Source: an uncultured Alphaproteobacteria bacterium (GTDB taxonomy: Bacteria; Pseudomonadota; Alphaproteobacteria; MPNO01; DASWLB01). From it: DNA of 64,000 nucleotides. Under the pieces are notes generated by a model. The model had not been told where the DNA came from. It saw nothing but the letters and a program-made list of their open reading frames with translations, and ran no database searches. The number at the start of each line of letters is the position of its first letter. The first letter of the stretch is position 1. The stretch covers positions 94,694-158,693 of the forward strand of contig CAWFOW010000008.1 of NCBI GenBank assembly GCA_963817535.1. Reading direction: 5' to 3'. Below, in pieces: positions 48,467-56,859 of this stretch. Made by a program: the position numbers and the translations under genes.

Positions 48467-48814
48467 GTGCCGGCGCCGGCCAAGCTCTCGATCGTCATCC
48501 ATTCGGGCGAGGCTGCGCGCGTGCGCTACGCGCTGATGATGGGCGCGGCCGCCATCTCCATCGGCAAGGCGGTGACGCTGTTCTTCACCATGGAGGCGAT
48601 CCATTCGCTGGCGGTTCCCTTCGCCGACCCGCGCGACGAGGAGATGATCCAGGCGCTTGCCTCGCTCGGCGCGAAGTTCATGGTCTGCGAGGCGGGCCTG
48701 ATCGAGACGCGTCTCAACGCGGCCGATCTGCGCGGCGACCTCGACATCGAGGAAACCGGGCTGGTGACGTTCCTCGCGGATTGCGCGCCCGACGGCCAGA
48801 TCGTTTTCGTCTGA
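48467..48814 (+). CDS. DsrE/DsrF/TusD-like small protein, tentative
   Basis: 115 aa. LSIVIHSGEAARVRYALMMGAAA...VCEAGL has a DsrE-like layout. Starts 2 bp after the ThiF/MoeB stop. Confidence 0.35.
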   Translation: MPAPAKLSIVIHSGEAARVRYALMMGAAAISIGKAVTLFFTMEAIHSLAVPFADPRDEEMIQALASLGAKFMVCEAGLIETRLNAADLRGDLDIEETGLVTFLADCAPDGQIVFV

Positions 48815-48818
48815 CGCC

Positions 48819-50075
48819 CTACCCGAACCGCTTGGCTATGGAGTCGTAGCTCTCCAGCGACGCGACCGGACCGAGCGCCGAGAGCGACGGCTTGCCGGAG
48901 AAGATGCGCCTTGCGACGCGGGTGACGGCGGCGGCGTCCACGGCGTCGATCTTTCCGACGATCTCGGAAATGTCGAGCACGCGCCCGAACACCTGGAGCT
49001 GGCGGGCGATCTGCTCGCACCGCGCCGAACTGCTTTCGAGTGACATCAGCATGCCGGCCTTGAGCTGGGCACGCGCACGGGCGAGCTCGGGCTCCGTCAT
49101 GCCGTCGGCGGCCTTCGCCATCTCGCCACAGAGGAGCGGCACCAGGTCGGCAAGCTGTTCCTCGCCGGTGCCGGCATAGACCGCGAACAGCCCGGTGTCG
49201 GTGTAGGGCGCCGCGAAGGAATAGACGGAATAGACGAGGCCGCGCGATTCCCGGATTTCCTGGAAAAGGCGCGACGACATGCCGCCGCCGAGCGCCATCG
49301 ACATCACGGACAGCGCGAAGAAGTCGGGATCGGCATAGGGCAGCCCCTCGAACCCGACCACCAGATGCACCTGCTCGAGATCGCGCGCGGCGCGGGTCTC
49401 GCCGCCGCAATAGCGCGCTGTCTCGACGCCGTTCGCAGCGACCGGCCCGAGCCCGGCGAACGCGCGCTCGACCGCGGTGACGAAGCCGGCATGGCCGAGA
49501 TTGCCGGCGGCCGATACCACCATGCGCGGCGCGCCGTAATGCGCTGCCATGTAATCGACCAAGGTGGTGCGGCGCATGCCGGCGACGTTCTCCTCAGGGC
49601 CCAGGATCGGCCAGCCCATCGCCTGGCCCGGGAACGCGGTCATCTGGAAGGAATCGAACACCACGTCGTCGGGCACGTCGCGCGCCTCGCCGATCTCCTG
49701 CGCGATCACCACCCGCTCGCGCGCGATCTCGGTCTCGTCGAACATCGAGTTCTGCAGGATGTCGGCGATGATATCGACGGCCACGCCGACATCCGCCTTC
49801 AGGACCGTGGCGTGGAAGGCGGTCATCTCGCGCGACGTGTGGGCGTTGAGCTGGCCGCCGACGGCCTCGATTTCCTCGGCGATGGCGCGCGCCGACCGCG
49901 TCTTCGTGCCCTTGAACGCCATGTGCTCGAGGAAGTGCGACACGCCGTTATTCTCGGCGCGCTCGTTCCGCGCCCCGACCGCGACCCACACGCCGAGCGA
50001 GACCGTCTCCACATGCGGCATGTGGTCAGTGACGATACGCAGCCCGTTCGCCAAGGTCGTGGTTTCGACGGTCAT
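48819..50075 (-). CDS. M16-family (insulinase/pitrilysin-like) zinc metallopeptidase
   Basis: Inverted zinc motif HFLEHMAF with downstream Glu. About 418 aa. Start MTVETT overlaps the thrC stop (TCAT). Confidence 0.75.
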   Translation of the reverse strand: MTVETTTLANGLRIVTDHMPHVETVSLGVWVAVGARNERAENNGVSHFLEHMAFKGTKTRSARAIAEEIEAVGGQLNAHTSREMTAFHATVLKADVGVAVDIIADILQNSMFDETEIARERVVIAQEIGEARDVPDDVVFDSFQMTAFPGQAMGWPILGPEENVAGMRRTTLVDYMAAHYGAPRMVVSAAGNLGHAGFVTAVERAFAGLGPVAANGVETARYCGGETRAARDLEQVHLVVGFEGLPYADPDFFALSVMSMALGGGMSSRLFQEIRESRGLVYSVYSFAAPYTDTGLFAVYAGTGEEQLADLVPLLCGEMAKAADGMTEPELARARAQLKAGMLMSLESSSARCEQIARQLQVFGRVLDISEIVGKIDAVDAAAVTRVARRIFSGKPSLSALGPVASLESYDSIAKRFG

Positions 50076-51532
50076 GCGGCCCCCTTCAATGTGGCGTGGG
50101 TGGCGATGTGCTTCTTCACAGCGGCGAGATCTTTCGGCAGCGTGTCGCAAAGCTCCGGCCGCTCGAACAGACCGGCGAGGCGTGCGGGCAGGTCGGGGCG
50201 TATGCCCGAGGCCTTTTCGACCGCGTCGGGGAATTTGGCCGGGTGGGCCGTCGCGATGCAGATCGTGGGCACGCGCGGATCGCGCCGGCGGGCGCGGGCG
50301 GCGTGGATGCCGATGGCGGTATGCGGATCGACCAGCGTGCCGGTCGTCGCGTGGATGTCGCGGATGACGGCGAGCGTTGCGTCGTCATCGAGCCGCGCCG
50401 CGTCGAACGCGCCGCGCATGCCGGCGATCAGGGCGTTGTCGCCCTGGAAGGCGCCGGTCTTGCGGAATCTGTCCATCGTCTTGGCGACGCGCGCGCCATC
50501 GCGGCCCCAGAGCTCGAACAGCAGCCGCTCGAAATTGCTCGAGACCTGAATGTCCATGGCGGGCGACAGGCTGGGCTCGACCGGACGCATGCGCATCTCG
50601 CCGGTCTCCACGAAGCGCGTCAGGATGTCGTTGCGGTTCGATCCGATGATGAGCTGCGCAATGGGCAGGCCCATCTTGCGTGCCACCCAGCCCGCGAACA
50701 CGTTGCCGAAATTGCCGGTCGGCACGGCGAAGGCGACCTGCCGGTCCGGCGCGCCGAGGGCCACCGCGGCGACCACATAGAACGCCGTCTGGCAGACGAT
50801 GCGCGCCCAGTTGATCGAGTTCACCGCCGACAAGCGGTGCCGCGTGCGGAACGGGGCGTCGGCGAACATCGCCTTCACCAGGTCCTGGCAGTCGTCGAAC
50901 GTGCCCTCGATCGCGATGTTGTGGATGTTGGGCGCGTCGACCGTGGTCATCTGGCGGCGCTGCACGTCGCTGACCCGTCCCTTCGGGTGCAGGATGAACA
51001 CCTCGACCTGCCGGCTGCCCTGCAGCGCCTCGATGGCGGCCGAGCCGGTGTCGCCCGAGGTCGCGCCGATCACCGTCACGCGCTCCCCGCGGCGCGCCAG
51101 CGCATGGTCGAACAGCCGCCCGACGAGCTGCAGCGCATAGTCCTTGAAGGAGAGGGTCGGGCCGTGGAACAGCTCGAGCAGCCAGAGCCCGGCGTCGAGC
51201 TGGCGCAGCGGCGCGACGGCCGCGTGGTCGAACCCGGCATAGGCGTCCTGCACCATCGCGGCCAGCCGGTCGGGCGGGATGTCTCCACCGACGAAGGGTG
51301 AAATCACCTGGCAGGCGATTTCGGCATAGGGCGCACCGGCCATGTCGCGCAGCGCATCGGGCGACAAAGACGGCCAGGTCTCGGGCAGATAGAGCCCGCC
51401 ATCTTCCGCGAGGCCGGCGATCAGCGCCTCCTCGAAGCCGAGCGGGCGCGCCGTGCCGCGGGTCGAGACGTAACGCAGGGGGCAATCTCCTTGGAATGCG
51501 CGCAGACTATAGGCGGGGCCAGTCCCCGGCAA
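50072..51532 (-). CDS. thrC: threonine synthase
   Basis: PLP-fold enzyme with the conserved ThrC N-terminus (L)RYVSTRG and Lys region FHGPTLSFKD. The listed TTG start at 51532 may be too long. An AAGGAGA RBS precedes an in-frame CTG at 51478, which gives MRYVSTRG. Confidence 0.8.
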   Translation of the reverse strand: MPGTGPAYSLRAFQGDCPLRYVSTRGTARPLGFEEALIAGLAEDGGLYLPETWPSLSPDALRDMAGAPYAEIACQVISPFVGGDIPPDRLAAMVQDAYAGFDHAAVAPLRQLDAGLWLLELFHGPTLSFKDYALQLVGRLFDHALARRGERVTVIGATSGDTGSAAIEALQGSRQVEVFILHPKGRVSDVQRRQMTTVDAPNIHNIAIEGTFDDCQDLVKAMFADAPFRTRHRLSAVNSINWARIVCQTAFYVVAAVALGAPDRQVAFAVPTGNFGNVFAGWVARKMGLPIAQLIIGSNRNDILTRFVETGEMRMRPVEPSLSPAMDIQVSSNFERLLFELWGRDGARVAKTMDRFRKTGAFQGDNALIAGMRGAFDAARLDDDATLAVIRDIHATTGTLVDPHTAIGIHAARARRRDPRVPTICIATAHPAKFPDAVEKASGIRPDLPARLAGLFERPELCDTLPKDLAAVKKHIATHATLKGAA

Positions 51533-51548
51533 GGGCAGGTGACGGTCA

Positions 51549-51619
51549 CCTCGTCCTTCGACAGGCTCAGGACGAGGAATTGAATTTGACCCTCATCCTG
51601 AGCCTGTCGAAGGATGAGG
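51549..51619. repeat. Nested palindrome: two 29-bp arms that are mutual inverse complements, each itself a hairpin, in the thrC/SDR divergent region
   Basis: CCTCGTCCTTCGACAGGCTCAGGACGAGG - AATTGAATTTGAC - CCTCATCCTGAGCCTGTCGAAGGATGAGG. The arms differ at 2 positions. Confidence 0.5.
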
Positions 51620-51659
51620 GGCCGACATATCATCCGCGTGGAAAACTCGGGAGGGACCG

Positions 51660-52433
51660 ATGGGGCGGCTGGACGGCAAGGTGGCGATCGTGACCGGGGC
51701 GGCGCATGGCGACGTGCGCGCGGCGCTCGGGTCGCATTTTGCCAAGGCGCTGGCGGCGGAGGGGGCGAAGGTCGCCTGCGCCGACATGAAGGACTGCGCC
51801 TCGGTGGTGGCGGAGATCGAGCGAGCGGGCGGGACGGCTATCGCGCTGCCGGTCGACGTGCGCGACGAGCAATCCGTGAGCGACATGGTCGCCGCGACGG
51901 TCAAGGCGTTCGGCCGGCTCGACATCCTGGTGCCGAACGCCGCGGTCGGCTCGAACATCCCGCCGGTCTCGATCGGCCAGCTCGCCGTCTCGGAGTGGGA
52001 CAACCTGATGGCGGTGAACGTGCGCGGCCCGTTCCTGTGCGCCAAGGCGGCGATCCCCGAGATGCGGCGCAACGGCTACGGCAAGATCATCAATATCGGC
52101 TCGTCCACCATGGTCTCTGGCCTTCCGAACCGGCTGCACTACGTCACGGCGAAGGGCGCGATCCTGGCGATGACGCGGGCGATGGCGCGCGAGCTCGGCG
52201 CCGACGGCATCCGCGTCAACACGATCGCCTACGGGCTGATCATGAGCCCGCAATCGGAAAAGGAGTTCGGCGCCGACCCGGAGCGGCACAAGGCCTACCT
52301 CTCGCACCGCTCGATCGCCGAGGACATGTACCCGAAGGACATCGTGGGCACGCTGGTCTTCCTCGCCTCGCCCGACTCCGATGCGATGACGGGACAGTTC
52401 GTCAATGTCGACGACGGCGGCGTGTTCGTGTAG
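51660..52433 (+). CDS. SDR-family oxidoreductase
   Basis: 257 aa. GKVAIVTGAAHG, NAAV, catalytic Y-x3-K (LHYVTAKGA). Confidence 0.75.
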   Translation: MGRLDGKVAIVTGAAHGDVRAALGSHFAKALAAEGAKVACADMKDCASVVAEIERAGGTAIALPVDVRDEQSVSDMVAATVKAFGRLDILVPNAAVGSNIPPVSIGQLAVSEWDNLMAVNVRGPFLCAKAAIPEMRRNGYGKIINIGSSTMVSGLPNRLHYVTAKGAILAMTRAMARELGADGIRVNTIAYGLIMSPQSEKEFGADPERHKAYLSHRSIAEDMYPKDIVGTLVFLASPDSDAMTGQFVNVDDGGVFV

Positions 52434-52448
52434 CGCGACAAAGAGAAA

Positions 52449-52472
52449 GGGCCGGATCCGCAGATCCGGCCC
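52449..52472. terminator. Bidirectional terminator hairpin GGGCCGGATCCGCAGATCCGGCCC
   Basis: Sits between the SDR stop (52433) and the convergent PRC-barrel gene stop (52488). A T-rich tract follows on the minus-strand side (TTTCTCTTTGTC). Confidence 0.55.
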
Positions 52473-52487
52473 TTCTTCGTGGGCAGT

Positions 52488-53090
52488 TCAGTCACCGCCG
52501 CCGCCGCTGCTGCCGGCGCCGCCGGCACCACCGGTACCGCTACCACCGGTACCGCCCGTGCCGCGGCTGCCGCCCAGCGCGCCGGGGCTGCTGCCGCCCG
52601 GCCCGTTCAGGCTATCACTGCCGCTCTGGCCGGCTCCGCCCGAACTGTCGGTGCCGCTGTTCCCCGCTCCGCCTTGGAACGCGGGCAGGCCCCGGAAGTC
52701 ATCCTTCGACATCGACAGCTGAAGCGCCGATTTGCCGGTGGCGCCTTGCTGGGTCTTGAACTCGGACCACGGCACCGAGACATCTCGAGCCCCTATCCCG
52801 AGGGCCTGCGAGGTCGATACGATCACATTGTCGCCGGAGATGCCCGAGACCTGTCCGATCGTGTCGCCGTTCTCGTCCGTCACGTCCTGGCCGACGATCG
52901 ATTGCGGCGGCATCGCCTGCGTGGACCCGGCAGAGCCGGCCGGACCGGATTCGCCAGGGGTACCCGCGCTCGTGCCGGGCATCGCGCTTCCGCGGTCCGA
53001 ATCGGAATCGGGACCCGCGGCGTAAGCCGCCCCGGACAGGCCGATCAAGGCGGCCGCCGTCGCGTGCAGTAGCGTCTTGCTGACTATCAT
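52488..53090 (-). CDS. secreted PRC-barrel-domain protein with Gly/Ser-rich C-terminal tail
   Basis: Signal peptide MIVSKTLLHATAAALIGLSGAAYAA. Central PRC-barrel-like core (IVGQDVTDENGDTIGQVSGI...VSVPWSEF). Tail GTGGTGGSGTGGAGGAGSSGGGGD. Confidence 0.5.
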   Translation of the reverse strand: MIVSKTLLHATAAALIGLSGAAYAAGPDSDSDRGSAMPGTSAGTPGESGPAGSAGSTQAMPPQSIVGQDVTDENGDTIGQVSGISGDNVIVSTSQALGIGARDVSVPWSEFKTQQGATGKSALQLSMSKDDFRGLPAFQGGAGNSGTDSSGGAGQSGSDSLNGPGGSSPGALGGSRGTGGTGGSGTGGAGGAGSSGGGGD

Positions 53091-53325
53091 GGGATTCCTC
53101 GCTGATTTCGAGTTGAGGCCAGGCACGCCGTGAGCCGGTCGCGCCGCTGGCCCGCTTAAGGGACGCCGCTGACGGCCCGCGCGTTCCCTCGCGCGCCGCG
53201 CCGCGCGCCCCGGCCACCATCGGGACACGGAGTCAGGTGCGCGTTCCCACGGGCGAGACTGCGGTCGCCACAAACGAAAACGGCCGGGTGTGACCCGGCC
53301 GTCCCCGTTCGCTTCGGCGCTCGGG

Positions 53326-54345
53326 CTACATGCCGCCGCGCTTGCCGGCCTCCTTGACGTAGCTGAGGTCGGAATACTTGTTCACGTCGAGCGGCTTCTT
53401 GAGGAAGCCCAGCTGGACCTGAAGGTCGACGTTGGCCTGCAGCGACTTGAGGTTCGGGATGAGCTTGGGATCGCGGTAGTAGTCCTTGCCCTTCACGAAC
53501 AGCCAGCTATCGAACACCGGCTTCGGGATCTTGGTGAACTTGGAGACCAGCTCGACCGTCGCGTCGTGGTTCTTCGGATCGCGGAACCACTCCATAGCGT
53601 GGATCGCGTCGTCCATGAAGTCGACCATCGCCTGGTGGTTCTTGGTGAGGAACGGAAGGCGCGAGGCCCAGATGATCATCTGCGTCTCGCCGACCGCCTC
53701 CTTCTGAGTGAACAGCGTGCGCCCGACCTCCCACAGCTTCGGGTTCGCCGCGAAGGGCAGAACCGCCGGCATCAGGTCGGCCTTCTTGTCGCGCAGGACG
53801 GGCAGGGTGGTGGGCAGCGGCGCCTCGACGAAGCTGACGTCGCGCTTGTCGTCGATGCCGTTCTTGCGAAGGATCGCGCGGATCGCGATGTCCACCGCGC
53901 TGCCGCCGGCGTTCGAGCCCAGGACCTTGCCCTTCAGGTCCTTGATCGTCTTGATCGGGCTGTCCTTCCGGACGACGAACGAGTTGGTGTAGTAGCCCGG
54001 CACGCCGTCCTGGAACTCGTCGGCGATGACGCGCAGATCGTCGAGCTTCGCGTTCTCGATGGCGAGCGCGAAGGACGAGTAGGCCAGCGTCGAGATGTCG
54101 ATGTCGCCCGAGGCCTGGGCCGTGATCATCTGCGGCGTGCCACGGAAGTGGATCGGCTCGAGCACGTAGGACTTCCCGTAATGCTTCAGGATGTCCTTCT
54201 TCTCGGGGAAGAGCGGCACCATCGAGGCCGGAACGACGGCCCAGCCGAAGCGGATCTTCACGGGATCGGCCGCCCGCGCGGACAGGCTGGCGAGGGTCAG
54301 CGCCGCAGCGGTCAACGCGGCGAGCGAGAATCTCAGCGAACGCAT
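53326..54345 (-). CDS. ABC transporter periplasmic binding protein, NMT1/THI5-like (nitrate/sulfonate/taurine NitT-TauT family)
   Basis: Signal peptide MRSLRFSLAALTAAALTLASLSARA. SsuA/TauA-like fold. GGAGG RBS. Confidence 0.65.
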   Translation of the reverse strand: MRSLRFSLAALTAAALTLASLSARAADPVKIRFGWAVVPASMVPLFPEKKDILKHYGKSYVLEPIHFRGTPQMITAQASGDIDISTLAYSSFALAIENAKLDDLRVIADEFQDGVPGYYTNSFVVRKDSPIKTIKDLKGKVLGSNAGGSAVDIAIRAILRKNGIDDKRDVSFVEAPLPTTLPVLRDKKADLMPAVLPFAANPKLWEVGRTLFTQKEAVGETQMIIWASRLPFLTKNHQAMVDFMDDAIHAMEWFRDPKNHDATVELVSKFTKIPKPVFDSWLFVKGKDYYRDPKLIPNLKSLQANVDLQVQLGFLKKPLDVNKYSDLSYVKEAGKRGGM

Positions 54346-54499
54346 ATGCACCTCCCTGAACTCGTTGAACGGATCGTTTTCCGTGCGCCTCTGCCCGAGG
54401 GCGGGGCCGGCATCGCCATCTGCACGGAAGGGCGCCTGGAAACGGCGCCATGGGGCCGGCATGATTGGACCCGGGCCCGGCCTTGTCAAGCCAGCCCCC

Positions 54500-55324
54500 T
54501 CAGACCTGAGCCGCCTGGCGGGTCTCCTGGTGCCAGGACAGGACGCGGCGGCGCACCCAGGCCATCAGCTTGATCAAGACGATGCCCGCGATGGCGATCT
54601 CGACCAGGGCGGCGAACACCCCGGGCGAGTCGGCGAAACGGAAGGCGGTGATCATGCCGCCGCCGAGCCCCTGACCGCCCAGATTCATCTCGGCGATAAT
54701 CGCGACGATCAGCGAGATCGGCAGCGCCACCTGCAGCCCGGTCAGGATCTGCGGCATGGCGGCGGGCAGCACGATCTCCCACAGCAGCCCCTTTTCGCTG
54801 GCGCCGAGGTTGCGCGCCGACCACAGGAGATGGCGATCCACGCCCTGGGTGCCGGCGATCGTCGCGGTCACCACCGGGAAGATCGCGTCGAACACCACGA
54901 TCGAGATCTTCGAGAAATCGTGGAAGCCGAACCAGAGCACGATCACCGGGATGAAGGCGATCTTGGGCATAGGGAACCCGACCGAGATGATCGGGTCGAA
55001 CAGCCACCGGATGGGCGCCACGCGTGTCACGAGAACGCCGAGCGCGATGCCGGGAATCGCGGCCAGCGCGAAGCCGGTCAGGGAACGGTAGAGGGTAAGC
55101 CCGACATTGACCGGCATGTCGCCGGTCAGCGTGTCCTCCCAGATGCGCGCCGCGACGAGTTCGAGCGAGGGCAGCTGGAATGAGGTCACCGTGCCCGAAT
55201 GGGCGACGATCTCCCACAGCGCGAAAAAGCCGATGAGGGACACCCAGCGTGCCGCTCGCCATTCGAGGAAACGGGCGAAAGGCGAGACCTTCTCGACCCG
55301 GCGCTCGGCGATCACTCCCGCCAC
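54500..55324 (-). CDS. ABC transporter permease (NitT/TauT family)
   Basis: Six TM segments; EAA-like loop ...LLWSARNLGASEKGLLWEIVLP. GTG start overlapping the upstream permease stop. Confidence 0.7.
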   Translation of the reverse strand: MAGVIAERRVEKVSPFARFLEWRAARWVSLIGFFALWEIVAHSGTVTSFQLPSLELVAARIWEDTLTGDMPVNVGLTLYRSLTGFALAAIPGIALGVLVTRVAPIRWLFDPIISVGFPMPKIAFIPVIVLWFGFHDFSKISIVVFDAIFPVVTATIAGTQGVDRHLLWSARNLGASEKGLLWEIVLPAAMPQILTGLQVALPISLIVAIIAEMNLGGQGLGGGMITAFRFADSPGVFAALVEIAIAGIVLIKLMAWVRRRVLSWHQETRQAAQV

Positions 55325-56208
55325 ATCATCACCCTTCGAACGAGCAGCAGGTAGCTGCGGTCGGCCGCGAACCCGAGGAACGCGACGGTCAGCACCACGG
55401 CGAACATGGCGTCGTACACGCCGTTCGAGCCGAGATTGCCGATCATGTAGCCGAGGCCCTGGCGCGCAACGATCAGCTCGGACGCGACCAGCAGGACGAA
55501 GGTCAGTGCCAGCGCGGTGCGGATGCCATTGAGAAGCTCGGGCAGCGCGCTGGGAAACACCACGTCCCACAGCACCTCGCGCCGGCTCGCCCCCATGCCG
55601 CGCGCCGACCACAGAAGCTCCTGGTCGGTTCCGCGCGCGCCGTTGAACGCACCGATCGTCACCGGCAGCATGCAGCCGAGGAAGATCAGCAGGATCTTCG
55701 AGCCGTCGCCGAAGCCGAGCCACGCCGCGGTGACGGGGATCAGCGCCGACTTGGGCACCGGGTAGAACATCTCGACCAGCGGCCCGACGAACACCAGCGC
55801 CGAGCGCGACGAGGCCATCATGATGCCGATCACGGTCCCGACGGCGACGGCCGAGCCGAGCCCCGCGGCGGCGCGGTAGAGCGACGCGGCGGCGCCGTGG
55901 ACGATTTCGCCGTCCAACAGCAGGGCGAACCACGCCGAGGCGACCTGGCTGAGAGGCGGCAATACGTCGGGCGCCACCAGCCCGACCCGCGAGACGCCCT
56001 CCCACAGGATCGCGATCAGGAGGAGCGGCAGGTAGCGCGCGGCCCCGCCCTTCACGGCACGTCCGCCGCCGGGGCGCGGCCCGTGCGCAGGGACGGGGGT
56101 CGTGACATGCCGGTTCCTCCGAGGAAGGTTTGCGCGGTCGCGCGGGCGCAGTCTGCCGCGAACCGCAGGACGAGGCAATTGGCGGGCGCGCCGGTCGCGG
56201 CGCGGCAT
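55312..56208 (-). CDS. ABC transporter permease (NitT/TauT family), second copy
   Basis: ...LLWSARGMGASRREVLWDVVFP loop. 5' end uncertain. No ATPase gene is adjacent. Confidence 0.6.
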   Translation of the reverse strand: MPRRDRRARQLPRPAVRGRLRPRDRANLPRRNRHVTTPVPAHGPRPGGGRAVKGGAARYLPLLLIAILWEGVSRVGLVAPDVLPPLSQVASAWFALLLDGEIVHGAAASLYRAAAGLGSAVAVGTVIGIMMASSRSALVFVGPLVEMFYPVPKSALIPVTAAWLGFGDGSKILLIFLGCMLPVTIGAFNGARGTDQELLWSARGMGASRREVLWDVVFPSALPELLNGIRTALALTFVLLVASELIVARQGLGYMIGNLGSNGVYDAMFAVVLTVAFLGFAADRSYLLLVRRVMMWRE

Positions 56209-56285
56209 CTTGACCTTGCCACCCGCCCCGCGCAAGCTCGCGCCGACCCCGTTAGGGAAGGGACCACCATGGGCAGGACGCGCCG

Positions 56286-56693
56286 ATGCCGGTGATCTAT
56301 GTCGCCTCTTCGAGGACGCTGTCGGACTGGGGCGCCACGGTCGGCATCTCCAAGAGCCTCTACAAGCTGGGCGTCGCCGAAAGCGGCAAGGACGCCATCG
56401 CGGCGTTGAACGAGGAGGCGGTGGCCGGCGCGACCGACTGGAAGCTGGTCAAGGCCGAGCCCATCGAGGCCGACGAGGACGAGGTTATCGACCGGATGGC
56501 GAAGAGGGAGCCGCCGGTCGATCCGCGCTACTACCCGCGCCTCAAGGGCGCGGTCGGCATTTTCCGGGTGAAGCCCAAGAGCGTCGAGAACGCGATGCTG
56601 GTCGAGAAGGCGATGGCCGGCCAGGAGAGCCTCAACTTCACCGTCAAGCCGGCCGATTTCGCCAGCTACCTGATCAAGAACGCGCGGGACTGA
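56286..56693 (+). CDS. hypothetical protein (135 aa)
   Basis: Balanced, K/E/D-containing composition that is clearly coding in a high-GC background. AGGA RBS. No family recognised. Confidence 0.45.
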   Translation: MPVIYVASSRTLSDWGATVGISKSLYKLGVAESGKDAIAALNEEAVAGATDWKLVKAEPIEADEDEVIDRMAKREPPVDPRYYPRLKGAVGIFRVKPKSVENAMLVEKAMAGQESLNFTVKPADFASYLIKNARD

Positions 56694-56859
56694 CGCAGAC
56701 CGGCGAAACCAGCCGCGCTTGGGGCTCCGGCGCGAGAATCCGCTTGTCACCTTGCGTGGCGGCAAGCGTAGAATGGCCCCGGGCGCCGGACTCTGTTGGC
56801 GCGCACGATCGCAACCGGCGGACAATGCCAGCAACACGCCGGTCGATAGGGAGGAAGCT

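Noticed and set aside
56694-56859. Possible SAM or other riboswitch in the 166-bp leader of the binding-protein gene
   Set aside because: Only a short stem (CGCTTG...CAAGCG) is visible. There is no recognisable SAM-II pseudoknot or other riboswitch consensus by eye. It is retained only as an unremarkable 5' leader.
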